DNA of 62,620 nucleotides, the filler included, from Globobulimina sp. (taxonomy: Eukaryota): the NCBI GenBank assembly GCA_003354225.1. It is 30 parts of 30 records of this genome, joined end to end, with 100 filler letters (N's around TTAATTAATTAA, not from the genome) between each part and the next. Parts side by side here need not be neighbours in the genome. Positions count along the whole stretch, not along the records: positions 10,462 to 12,453 come from PIVH01009935.1; positions 12,554 to 14,545 come from PIVH01009936.1; positions 14,646 to 16,636 come from PIVH01009937.1; positions 16,737 to 18,727 come from PIVH01009938.1; positions 18,828 to 20,818 come from PIVH01009939.1; positions 20,919 to 22,909 come from PIVH01009940.1; positions 23,010 to 25,000 come from PIVH01009941.1; 23 more parts are not named here. One strand, 5' to 3'. The number at the start of each line of letters is the position of its first letter. Position 1 is the first letter of the stretch. Positions 10,822-23,164 of this stretch are shown here, piece by piece. A program made the position numbers and the translations under genes. The notes beneath the pieces are model-generated. The model was not told where the DNA came from. It worked only from the letters and a program-made list of their open reading frames with translations, and did no database searches.

Positions 10822-12453
10822 ATGTCATTAAATCATACTTGTCTAAGAATAGGATGTTGGAATGTTAACAAAACATTGAATTCCAACTGGGATGAAATCA
10901 TTGATTACATAAATAATAATTGTATCGATGTAATTTGCTTTATTGAGCCGTATGGCAACGGTTAAAAAATAAAATGGGCAATATTCTGTCCATAGCAAAT
11001 AAAACAACATTAAAATGGGCCATTGAGCAAGAAAATATTATTACGAATTGTATGAATGATGAAAATAAACAACAAAAATACCATGATTTGATTGATATTA
11101 TTTATAATCAATGGATTTTTAACATTAAAAATGCAGCCCATCAAATGATTGGAAAGCAACCAATTAAAAAACAGGAGCACATTAAAAATAAAAATGTCAG
11201 CAAACTGCCACTGAAATTGCAACAAAAGAGAAATGATTTGAAAAGATATAAAAAAATCAGTGAACAAATAAAAAAGAAAATTGTAGCATATGAAATTAAA
11301 AATAATTTAGACATCGCGCACAAACCGACAATGAAAATAAGAATATCGCGATGTGAGTCAATCTCTGACGATGAAAAACGAACATTTTTGTTGTATATCA
11401 CATTACGCAATAAAATTAAACACCAAATTAGGAAACACAAAGAAGATAAAAACCAAAATAAAATTGAAATATTATCTGATAAATACCAGGGACAAAGTAC
11501 ATGGCTAATACTAAGGCAAAAGAATAATAAATCACATCTATGATAATGCAGACGGCGATGAACTATCAAATGGATTTAACAAATACTTCAATCAAATTGC
11601 ATTTAATGATGAAGAAAATAAATGATGAAATAAATTGTATACCGACGAGATGAAAGATAGTGAATCGATTCAAATCAAGAAAATATCAACAAATAAATTA
11701 GAACGAGCTCGAGTTGAATTTAAAAAGTTAATCTCACGGAAAAAAATCAGAATGTCGGTGAAGAAATTAAATGCAAAAAAGCGATATGGTGACGACGAGA
11801 TTCATGGTACATTTATAACAATTTTTATTGATCAACATATTGCGATAATGGAATGGCTATATAATGCATTCACAATCTATGGATATCAAGCCGCCAAATC
11901 AAAAATATGTTTAATGGAACCTTTCTACAAAGAAGGCAAAGATCCGCTGACTTGGAAAGGTTATCGACCTTTACGATACGAAACATTTGCCATTAAACCA
12001 TATTATATCATAATATTAGCAAAAGTTGAAGAGTACTTCCAATGTCTTCCATGCGATCGGAGTTATAGATCCATCCAGTTTTGGCGCTGCGAAATCAATG
12101 TTATTGAACCAATGTTATTGAAGACATAATATCGCAAACAAGATACGGCATTGACGTTAGTATGCTCGCTATAGACAATACGTGTGCCTTTGACCACATT
12201 GTCATAGTAATATTATTAGGTCGCCTACGATTTCATTATGGATTTGATGAATATATGGTGACAATAATAGCAGCGATATACTATGATCGCCGTACTAAAA
12301 CCATAGTAAATGGACTCATATCAATAACTATTGTAAATCTAAGTGGTTTGTGGCAAGTTCTACGGGGCATATTGTAATCCGGTTGGTATACAAATAAAAT
12401 CAACATGCCTCTTTTCAAAAATAACAAAGTTCGTCGATGACACCTCGTTATTA
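10822..12453 (+). mobile_element. Degenerate non-LTR retrotransposon (LINE) ORF2: APE endonuclease + reverse transcriptase
   Basis: 10822-10965 MSLNHTCLRIGCWNVN...DVICFIEP (APE motifs I-II). RT motifs KKLNAKKRYGDDEI, PFYKEGKDPLTWKGYRPL, LAIDNTCAFDHI, SGLWQ and KFVDDTSLL are spread over several frames with stops. Confidence 0.88.
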
Positions 12454-12553
12454 NNNNNNNNNNNNNNNNNNNNNNNNNNNNNNNNNNNNNNNNNNNNTTA
12501 ATTAATTAANNNNNNNNNNNNNNNNNNNNNNNNNNNNNNNNNNNNNNNNNNNN

Positions 12554-14045
12554 GTATTCCGTAGCACATTGGTGGACAGAGAGCAAATTTGGGCAATATG
12601 TCGAAAAGGAGCATCAAAACATGGCAAGACATATTAAAGCCGGTCTTAGTGACTTTGTTAAAAGATTATTAGTGCCAATAAATAATAATTATAAGATATT
12701 CTCAGTGATTGCTGATCGGTTGGATGCTTTTGTTGAATATGTATTGGCATTCCATCGAACTGCCTGTTCAATAAAACGCGAGATGCAAAATGGAAAATGT
12801 GCAGCAGCACCGATCCAAATTGATTATTGTATCATACCTCAAATGGTGAAGCAATTGGGAGGAGAAGATGCCAAAAAAAAATGTCCATATGATCCAGCTG
12901 CGCTGTCCTGTGCTTTTCCAACGGTGGAAGCAAAATACATTCCTTTGGCTCTGGGAGACATTGAAGAGGTTTTAACCGATCCCAAATGCGGATATGTCAA
13001 AGGTACGGATTTCTTTGTGATGGAGCTTCAGACACCCGGTGGGTTTCAGCAATTGCATCGGAAACATATGTTGCTAGATATGATTAAACAGTATAAAGGG
13101 TGGAAGCAGCGAAGAAACAGATATATATTTATCATTGATCGAAGACATCCGGACAATATAAAGGATAAAAAGATGCCACAGCCGGCAGTGTATGAAGAAT
13201 ATAAGAAAGATTGGAGAGATAAAATATATTTAATTGCACCAAAGCAATATCGACGTGACGGTGACAGTAAACAAGCGATTTGTATTTGCGGTGCAAAGTT
13301 AATTAAAAAACGAAAGTCAATTAGAACTAACTGTGGTTATTGTAAGATAAATAAAGTAAATGAATACAGCGAGTCTAAAATTGACACAGTTGAAATGTGG
13401 AGCTGTTCAAAGAAAACTGGCGTACATCCATATGGTTATAATTTATGTATTGGATGCAATAAAGTGTTGCTTTGTATTTGTGGACAACGATTGAAATGTA
13501 TCGAAAAAGCAAAAGTTAAAGCCATGGATACCAGATGTAAATGGTGTGGTAAATCGAATGCGGAGGCAGATGTTCTATGGAAATGTGGTGTTGATTGTGG
13601 ATATATTTTATGTGATGTTGATTGTGAGAAAGAAAGACCAGATACATTTAGCAGATTATCCGAGCAATGGGAGTGTGTTCCTGAATCATGTTTCGGTTTA
13701 AGCAAAAATTATATTTTATGGGATCATCCAAATAGCGATAAAAAGCCTATAACAATGGATGAAGCGATGGATGGATATATGTTTGGATTATCATATCATA
13801 TATTAAGAGAAGATAATATTTCTGTTTATTGGTATCGTAATGTGGGTGGAACCTTATTTGAATTGGGGGATATACCAGAAACATGGCCGCAATGGTTTGA
13901 GAAAAGAAATGGAAAACGACAAGAAATAAATAAACAGAATATGCCTATAATTGATCGCTGGCAGAATCATGGATATCTCGATGAGGGTATTAAATTACGG
14001 AATGTTGATTTTGAAAACTTTGAGAAGCAATGCGAGACTTTATAA
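12554..14045 (+). CDS. Hypothetical protein with a duplicated Cys-rich (CICG...CxxC...WxC...LC) module, 5'-partial
   Basis: 474-aa ORF, open upstream to the contig edge; two repeats of the Cys module. Confidence 0.7.
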
Positions 14046-14130
14046 ATTTGTTTAATATTTATACTTTTAATACTTATTCAAAACTTAAAACAAAAAGTAA
14101 GTACTTATTAAATTAGGAGCACTGTACAAT

Positions 14131-14545
14131 TCACATTTCAATATCCTCATCTTCCGCAATTATATTTTGTTGTGACAATAATGGATTGCTACCATAGCTA
14201 TTCTGATTCTCCCTCACTTGCAAATTAATCGCATTCTCAATAGACTGTGCAACATTATTCCTCAACGACTGCAAATTGCTTTGCAACAACGATTTTAAAT
14301 GACAATAAATACAGTCACTAAATCCGCACGGATAATTATCAAAAGAATGGGGCGGCCTCAGCTCACTGTTCACACTCAACAATATCTGCTTTATTTCCGT
14401 TAAAAACTTCTTATTATACGACGTTACTAATTGCGACAACACCTTCAAAAACAATTCATGCTTTTTCTGCCGTTCCCTCATCGTGGGATCGTCGTGTGTC
14501 TGCAACAATATTTTCTCAGATTTGCCCAAGTTTGGACGTCGCGCA
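14131..14545 (-). CDS. Hypothetical protein C-terminus
   Basis: ORF open to the contig edge, convergent with the previous gene. Confidence 0.5.
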
Positions 14546-14891
14546 NNNNNNNNNNNNNNNNNNNNNNNNNNNNNNNNNNNNNNNNNNNNTTAATTAATTA
14601 ANNNNNNNNNNNNNNNNNNNNNNNNNNNNNNNNNNNNNNNNNNNNGATTTCTTTTTTTCTTTTTTTTTATTGTTTGTCTCCGTGTATAAAAATAGTTTTT
14701 TTTGATAAGCAAAACTTCCTTTACTTTGTGTTCACTTTTTTGTGATAATATTGATACAATTACTATTGTTTAATTCATAATAACTTTCTGCTGTGCAAGG
14801 ATAACTACTCTATGATTTTAGTTAGTGTTTCTGTGGAAATCATTTGATTGAGTCGGAGTTTTCCAAACTTTCTAACTTTAACCTATTAACC

Positions 14892-16636
14892 ATGTTCAAA
14901 TATGTCACCCTAAATATGTTGTTTATAATATCAATCATTTGCCAATTATTTGTGATTGGATCAAGTTTGTAAGATATTTCTAGAAACCATTTGGTTTTAC
15001 ATTTATAACGACCATTCCAACAATAAAAGGTGATGTCGTTTGTTGCGAAACAAAAACATTTGATAACATTATTGATGCGCGGCTAGCTGGATACGACAGA
15101 GATGTTTGTGAAACGGGAGAATGTAAAACGTTAAGCGAAAAAATAAAACATATAATTGTATTGATGTTAGAAAATCGAAGTTTTGATCATATGGTATGTC
15201 AGATCGATATATTTAGCAAACATCAATATATTTTAACATAGCTTGGATATTTAAGCGCTACTCGAGAGGACATAGATGGATGTATTCCATCAATGGGTAT
15301 AAAATGTAGTAATCCTTTGGATCCAAATGACCCAACAAACAAAGAGGTGGCATATATATCCAACGACGCAACATATGAACAGGTATGAATTTAAAATGAA
15401 AATACAATTTGGTTAACGTTAAAATATTTAATTACACGCACGGACACTTTGACAGCCTGCTGATCCACAGCATAAATTATCTGAAATAACCTATCAAATA
15501 TTTGGTACGCATTCATTGGGAAATTCAGTCGATTATTATCCAGCACCGATGAATGGATTTGTCAAATCGTACTCCAATGTATTACCCAATAATGGCTCTT
15601 TTATTATGAAATCATTTGATGAAAATTCAGTTACTTTATATTGCATTCAATCATATAATATTAGTTATAGTATTTATAATATATATAGCTTCCAATTATG
15701 ACCTCATTGGCAAACGAATTTGGTTTAATCGATCGTTGGTTTGCAGGAATTCCCGGCGAAACTCAGCCGAATCGCGTAATGGCAATGAGAGGCCATACAA
15801 ATGGATTTATACGAAATAGCGATGTCAAAGCATTAGTTTCTGGATTTGATGGATTGAATATTTTTTCAATGTTGGATGAATATAAGAGAGATGTTGATGT
15901 TCCATGGAATGTATTTTCAGGCGATTTTCCCAATGTTTTATCGTTGAAATCAGTCAGAAGATATCCCAAACGTTTTTATAATATCAGTGAGTTGTATGAC
16001 AAAATAAATATGGCTGATTTACCACTTTTATCCTGGGTGGAACCGTCCTATTTTGATATCAGTTGCACAAATCCGTCCACCTCAGAGCATGCAAACCAAC
16101 ACGATGTGAGAAATGGGGAAGAATTTATCAAAAATATCTATGAGGCAGTGCGTAAATCATCCATTTGGAATCATACTTTATTTTTTATTTACTATGATGA
16201 GCATGGAGGAGTTAAGTAACTTTAATAAATAAGTTTGCATGAAAACGGTTTGCACACTTTGCATTGCATAGTTTTTCGATCATGTCCCGCCGCCTTCGTG
16301 TCCTAATCCTGATGGTGTTAATTCGGTGGAGACAGAGTATCCATATGCACCGCCTTTTGACTTTCAAAGATTAGGTGTTCGAGTTCCAGCTATTTTAATT
16401 TCGCCATTCATCAGAAAAGGTACAACAAATTCAGTAAAAGCAGAAAATGGTGAATCGCAATATTGTCATAGTTCATTAATACATACAATTCGAAAGAATT
16501 ATGTTCCAAATGCACCGCCATTATCGTTGCGAGATGAATGGAGTTTGACGTTTGAAGATTTAATAAATTTGAATAGTCCGCGGACAGATACTCCAATGGT
16601 ATTATATCCGGATCCTATTCCTGAATGGAGAGATTG
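14892..16636 (+). CDS. Secreted non-specific phospholipase C / phosphoesterase family protein, 6 exons, 3'-partial
   Basis: Signal peptide, IKHIIVLMLENRSFDHM|LG, DRWFAGIPGETQPNR, YDEHGG|FFDHVPPP, RLGVRVPAILISP. Introns 14965-15029, 15194-15241, 15383-15455, 15630-15688, 16211-16271. Confidence 0.95.
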
Positions 16637-16736
16637 NNNNNNNNNNNNNNNNNNNNNNNNNNNNNNNNNNNNNNNNNNNNTTAATTAATTAANNNNNNNN
16701 NNNNNNNNNNNNNNNNNNNNNNNNNNNNNNNNNNNN

Positions 16737-18262
16737 AATTACAATGTCCGCAGACTGCAAATTGATCCCTAGGCCGCCGGCTCGAGTGGTCAATAAAAAT
16801 AAAAACAAGTCGCTCTGCTCCGCATTGAAGGCATCCATCGCAGTCTGCCTATCCTCGCCAGACACGCTGCCATCAATGCGGCAGTATTTGTACTTTGTCA
16901 TCGCGCAGTAATCCTCCAATATGTCCAAAACCCGCGTCATTTGGCTGAAGATCAAAACGCGCGAACCGGCGTTGTATAATTTGCGTAGTAACTTGTCCAA
17001 CAGCAACAATTTGCCGCTGTTCGCTATCAAATGCTGGCCAAATGGGTGCAGGCTCATATCCTCGACACCGTCGAATAAGTACGGATGATTGGCGCATTTC
17101 CGTAGTTGCATCACCAAATTCAGCAAGCCGCGTTTGGGGCCGTCTGCGGCTTGGAACACGTTCATCTCTTTCAACAACACTTTCTTATACACATCCTTTT
17201 GCAGCTCCGTCATGCCGACGAATATAATCAACTCCGTCTTTGGCGGCAAGTCTTTGGTCACGTTGACTTTGAGGCGCCGCAACAAAAAGGGCGCCAATAA
17301 AACGCGCAGTTGCTGGAAGATTTTGCTTTGTTCGTCGTCGCTGTTCCCGAAATCGAACATGGCGTCGAAGTCCAAGGCGGACGCGAAGAGGGCCGGCAGT
17401 AAGAAGTTCAACAGCGACCACAGTTCGCGTAGATTATTCTGCAAAGGCGTGCCAGTGACAAGTAGGCGGTTTTCGGACTGGAACTCATGTCGCAAAATGC
17501 GGGAAAACTTGGAAGCGTTGTTTTTGAGACGGTGCGCTTCGTCGACGATGATGTACTCGAAAGGGATTTTTTTTAGCACTGTTTTCTCGATCATGCAGAT
17601 CTCATAGGAACAGATGACAACATCCATTTTGGCAGTCGGCCTGAAATTCTGTTTAATTAATTGGCGCCGTTCTTCTTTGTTGGCGGCTTCCAAGGCAAGG
17701 ACATTGAAGCAGGGACACCATTTTTTGAATTCCCGGCACCAATTTATTATGGTCGACTTGGGCACCACTATCAAATGGACGCCATTGATGTTCTCACATT
17801 GCCGCAAGTGGGCCAACAAGGCGATGCATTGCAAGGTTTTGCCTAAACCCATCTCGTCCGCTAATATGCCGTGCAAACCGTTGTTGCGTAGATTAATGAG
17901 CCACGACACGCCTTCGATTTGATAGTCACGTAATTGGCCATTGGTAATAAGGGATGGCTGCGTTTCTAAATGGAAGTATTTGGTGGCACTGAGGTCTGCT
18001 TCGTGGAGCAGTTCTTCGTCTTCCTCTTGTTCGGTGGCTCGGCGTTTTGGTTTGTTTTTCCTTTTTGCACCCAGCGAATGGTTCCTTTTTTGTGATGTGT
18101 GTTGTTTGTGTTTGCGGACTGCGGAATTAGTGTCGGTTAAATATACCAAATGTCTTTATCGGTCAAATTGCGTGCTTTTTGAATCAGATTATGTAGAATT
18201 TCGTGGGGATCGCGTTTTTCTTCACTCTCATCGCGATTGGTTCTTCGTCGACCGCGGGGCAT
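16737..18262 (-). CDS. ISWI: ISWI/SNF2-family chromatin remodelling ATPase, 3'-partial (intron 18085-18146)
   Basis: LRDYQIEG, GILADEMGLGKTLQ, VDEAHRLKN, TGTPLQNN, MQLRKCANHPYLF, FSQMTRVLDILEDY, TRAGGLGINL; ISWI-type RRATEQEEDEELL leader. Confidence 0.93.
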
Positions 18263-18306
18263 GGTGATGCTTGAGATACTTAGTGGAAAATAAAAAAAGC
18301 TCAAAA

Positions 18307-18417
18307 ATGTCGTATCGTTGCCGCAGCTGTTTAGAAAATAAAGCCAGGTCAGATTTCACCAAAAGCCAATTAAAGACTTATAAACGTAATAGTAGATGCA
18401 AAAGGTGTATCAATTAA
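18307..18417 (+). CDS. Small Stc1-like zinc-binding ORF or gene relic
   Basis: MSYRCRSCLENKARSDFTKSQLKTYKRNSRCKRCIN* (CxxC..K...F.K.QL...RCxxC). Confidence 0.45.
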   Translation: MSYRCRSCLENKARSDFTKSQLKTYKRNSRCKRCIN

Positions 18418-18827
18418 ACACAATTTACACAAAAAACCACTGATTAAAAATCAGAAAAAATGTAAACATAACAGCTCTGTCAAGGGTTCAAACAGTAATA
18501 AAATGATTAATCTATGTATCATAGGAAGTAAATGCAGCCATCGTGAATATCCAACATCACTTTCAAATGGCGCTCAATATGCGAAACGGCTCTGCGATAT
18601 ATTTGGTAAGACCCAATCCAAATAAGACTGGCATTTTTTTGATTTATTTGAGAATTATATATTGAATGGATTTGAATAGGAATGAATGGATATGATTAGG
18701 AATGACTTGTAATGAATGATAATGAATNNNNNNNNNNNNNNNNNNNNNNNNNNNNNNNNNNNNNNNNNNNNTTAATTAATTAANNNNNNNNNNNNNNNNN
18801 NNNNNNNNNNNNNNNNNNNNNNNNNNN

Positions 18828-20818
18828 GCTATTCCAACCACAATGCTGTCATTACATTCCTGTCCCGGCGCGTTCCAAAATATTACATAATCGCCGTACT
18901 CGATGCATTTGAACAATTTGCTGCAACTCCAAAGCATTGGGATGATGCAAAAAAACATTGCAAACATGACGCACCGCAACGGGTCATACACCCAGCCAGC
19001 AAACCAACCATTTTTCCATCGCAATTTAAATATATTCAGCCGCTCATTGTCGGTATCCCCGCCATACATTTTACTGCCATACCAATGCGACAATGCAAAG
19101 ATTAGAAAGGACATTGTCAATATCAATGACGGCACCAATAAATCCCAATATGTCTGCTGTAAAATGGTCATCTCATCAAATAAACAGATACCATTTTGTG
19201 TAATGGGTATTCGAGCAAAAAATAAATTGATTAAAAAGTATGTCCCGCCGTCGGGCTCAAAGGTTAAAATCGCCGGCAAAGATTGATAATAATCAATCAA
19301 TACAAGCACAGCAATCTCAATCAATGACACGGAATAAAACTCACTGCAAATATTGCCCTCTTCCCCTGCATCGCCGTCATATTTGGCCAAACCAAATAAA
19401 AATACCAACGCTATGGGCCACACAACAAAGCCTGCGATGGCAGCCCCATTCATACCATCATGGCCTGTACAATCACCACATGTATGTGAGCCATGGCGCG
19501 CAGACAACCCGACGGTGCAATTACCGCAACCAATGGAACTCGCATCGCGATCTGAGGGACATCTCGCATCCGAATCCGGTACACAGCCATCTGGTTTCGT
19601 GCAGCATTCGCCTAAGCGACAAAAAAACGTCTCTTTGGAGGAGGCAAACTCTGCGCTCCACCAATTTTTATGCAGGATTTGCACGTTTTTACCGCCGCGA
19701 CAGGATAACCCTTCTAAACATGGCATGCATTGCGTCCACCCATCTTCCACTTTAAATGTGTCGCTTTCGCATAGATTGCAAGTTTTGTTATGAGTGTTAT
19801 AGCCGTAACCAGAGGGACATTCCACTAATTGCCAGGATTGTTGATGCACGGGGATTAAATCAACATTATTCGAACCTAAATATGTGACTACAACGTCAGA
19901 ATCATTGCCCTCACCCACCACAAATGATATATTTGCCTGTCCTGAGGATAAACTGCCGCTATTTACAGTCAATAATTCAAAGGGTGGGTAATCTTCATAA
20001 TTGAGGAAGAATTCGAAATTATTTTCCTTATCCCTCCAGTCCGTGATCATAAAACTTAAGAAATCCTGATCGAAGACATCAAATGCACCCAATGCCGCAG
20101 TGTACGATATCCCCGGCGATACGCCATAAATTGGAGGCGTTTCTGAGTTAATATATAACAAAAACGGATTGGATACAAAATCATTAAACGCACGTTTGCC
20201 TGAATTATCTGTAAATGTATTGCTGTCATTTATAGCTCCGTCCGCTAACAAATAATCATAATCAATGGGCAACAACTGACCAATGACTAACCCACCGCCA
20301 ACATCATAAGCCACACAACTTTCAAACTCATTATCCGTAATTTCAATTTTTTCGTTGCGCACTGTCCGTAAAAAAACACCACCACCAATCTCTGCGTAAC
20401 ACCGCCTAAATACATTACTTTTAATCTGCAACACCATCACAGTGCCACCCGATTCATCTATGTCATAGTTGCTATATTGTGTCTGGAACACACCTCCGCC
20501 GTGCGTCTGTGCGGTATTATCGATAAAAATGTTATCCTGCACAGTCATAAAATACGCATTCACTCCCACTGCCCCACCATAACCGGCTGCGTTATTCACA
20601 AAGACATTATCAGTGATGGATGAATTTGTGCCAATAAATACCGCGCCGCCTAATCCTTCACCATCCCCAGCGACGTTACTGTCAAAATGGCATCCACTGA
20701 TTTTGATGTCGCATTCCTGTCCATCTCTGCCGTACGCAAATACCCACTCTGGATATACGTTGGTATACGCTGAGATTCCGCTGGATATAGCACCGCCGGA
20801 TTGCAGCGCGGTGTTATG
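18828..20818 (-). CDS. Large membrane protein: GGA(V/I)-FxxN beta-helix repeats, Cys-rich region and multi-TM domain; partial at both ends
   Basis: GGAV/GGGV and FxDN repeats; CPSGY, CRLGECC, CPSDRDASSIGCGNC; several TM helices with DYYQ. Confidence 0.8.
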
Positions 20819-20922
20819 NNNNNNNNNNNNNNNNNNNNNNNNNNNNNNNNNNNNNNNNNNNNTTAATTAATTAANNNNNNNNNNNNNNNNNNNNNNNNNN
20901 NNNNNNNNNNNNNNNNNNGGTC

Positions 20923-21006
20923 GATAAGTTGTATACATTTTATTCAATTATCTGAGAAACTCTTTGCAAATCCAGAAACGGTTTGCTATAGGTTTGTCTT
21001 GGGTTT
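20923..21006. repeat. 84-bp dispersed non-coding element, copy 1
   Basis: 79/84 identical, ungapped, to 60260-60343 on an unrelated contig. Confidence 0.92.
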
Positions 21007-21337
21007 GTTATAACTGTAACAAAGTCAGAACAAATTTATAATTGAATTTTCGGTATACTTGTCACCATATCTTTTGGAATATATCGTTGATCGTTCAGAC
21101 AGATCAGCTACATTTGTTTACGAATTTACTACCGACGGTCAGCAGTCATTTGTGTGCAAGATAACATCATGTTATTTTCAATATACACGTGAATATACAG
21201 CCGAAACAAATCAGAAAAAAAAATATGAAAAAAAAAGGTAGAAATACAAAGAGAGGCTAGGGAAATCAGTGTATATTTACATTATTAAAGAGATACTTTT
21301 GACCGTACGTCTTTTTATCAAAGTAAATATTGCTTTG

Positions 21338-22909
21338 TCAGTTGATTGCATCATTGAAATTAAATTTTGCAAGTCTTTGATGTGTTTTATTAATATGGTT
21401 TGTAGTATATACTAAAGTGCTCCATTGAACCACAACAAATACACCTAACATAAAAGTGCCAGGGGTTAAATTACCTACCACACTAAAACAACCCGTATGG
21501 AATACGCTTTGTATAATGCCGTCATCACCACAGACACATGGATAATTTGTATTTAATATCCATTGTGAAACTTGCTCCAATTCAAAACTCGCAGCCACTG
21601 TACCCATCAAAAAAACATCCAACGCATTCCATGCTTGCAAGGGATATAATAAATGACAAATTAAATTATGCATTCGATAGTTCATAGGCAATAACCACAC
21701 AGAAAGCACCACTGTACATATTAATATCGGCGCTATAATCACTGTCATATAATATTGAATAATACAAAAATATGCGGCACCAACTTCATCTGTTGAGTCT
21801 GTTAATAAATCAGCAGTATGTTTGATTGAATACGAACGTACATTATCGTCAATTGCAAATCCGGCCAATCCTTCCATATCATATCGGACCGGCGCGCTAT
21901 AAATGGTCTCTATTGCTAACCAAATATTTGCAACACATACTATTAAAAATATACATCGGCATATTACACCAACAAAGGATTGGGGCAAATCGTACAATGC
22001 ATAAATCTTCAATGATCCATCATATTTCCACTGATATAATGCCGAATGTTTTTCGATGTGATTCTCAAAGCAATCCACATCAAATACCATAGCCGCCTTA
22101 TCTTCGCATTCGTGCTTTTCATATTCGTGTTCTATCTCTTTCTGCCGTCGTTTTAATCTTTTCTTTTCATCAAATAATATAAACATCATACTATACAACA
22201 TAGAGACTAATGTCGCAATTGCAAATGTTGTTACACCTGTGTCAATTTGCACAATTACGGCAACTTCAATGCCTAACCCGCTTTTTGTCTGTACAGTATA
22301 CAAAAAAGTGTGCTCGATGCTGTTACGGCACTATATACAAAAACGTATTCATATTTAACTTGTTTAGCAATAACTAAGTAAAAGGAGACCACCATAAAGA
22401 TACAAACATATAAATCCACAAAAGAAAATTTACCAAATTGATCCAGAAATAATAACCCTTTTTGTCGTTGTGATGCTTTCATTGGATTTAACCACACCAC
22501 CAACAATAATAATAATTTGAGATAGGGCCAAGCCCCGGAAAATGAGGCAATTACAAAGGCGAGTGCGTAGGCCTCCGACTGCCAGAAATCATCGATTGAA
22601 GAGGTTAACGTAAACGAAAATACATCAAATTTATATGTTTCTGGTTCGTACATATCTGCCACACCCAATTCAGATAAAAGTGCGGTTATATTCTTTCGAT
22701 GTGAATATAAATAATCAAAATCAAGCCCATTATCATAGGTTGGCAATATTTTTAAATACGGATATTTGGATTGGAAATCTTGAACATATTCGATTAAGCC
22801 ATAGAGCATTGATTCAATTTGTGCATGTTTTTGAGGACTGGTTTTATTGCAGACCTTAGTCGCAATGCTCGTGTCAGTGTCGCTTTGTTTTTTGTTTTCG
22901 AAATTGTTT
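21338..22909 (-). CDS. Membrane protein with two PqiA (paraquat-inducible protein A)-like domains, 5'-partial (intron 22289-22359)
   Basis: SSIDDFWQSEAYALAFVIASFSGAWPYLKL...FGKFSFVDLYV and a second copy ...LQAWNALDVFLMG, matching the PqiA W/F-S-x-x-D-V pattern. Confidence 0.78.
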
Positions 22910-23164
22910 NNNNNNNNNNNNNNNNNNNNNNNNNNNNNNNNNNNNNNNNNNNNTTAATTAATTAANNNNNNNNNNNNNNNNNNNNNNNNNNNNNNNNNNN
23001 NNNNNNNNNATTTTTTTTTATTGTCAATTTCTGCGAAAGTGAATATGTCCTAATTGCAAATTTCCTTTTCTTTAGTTTTCTTATTTCTTTTTTGTTCGGT
23101 AACTGTGATTTGCAAATATAAAAAAACACTCCACAAGTCAGTCAAGTTATTAATTAACACAAAA

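Noticed and set aside
18085-18262. Apparent frameshift or stop readthrough at the ISWI N-terminus
   Set aside because: A 62-nt GT-AG intron (18146-18085) restores the frame.
16873-18267. Several long plus-strand ORFs over ISWI (likewise over 18828-20599 and 38129-39157)
   Set aside because: Antisense shadows of GC-richer coding regions with no recognisable motifs.
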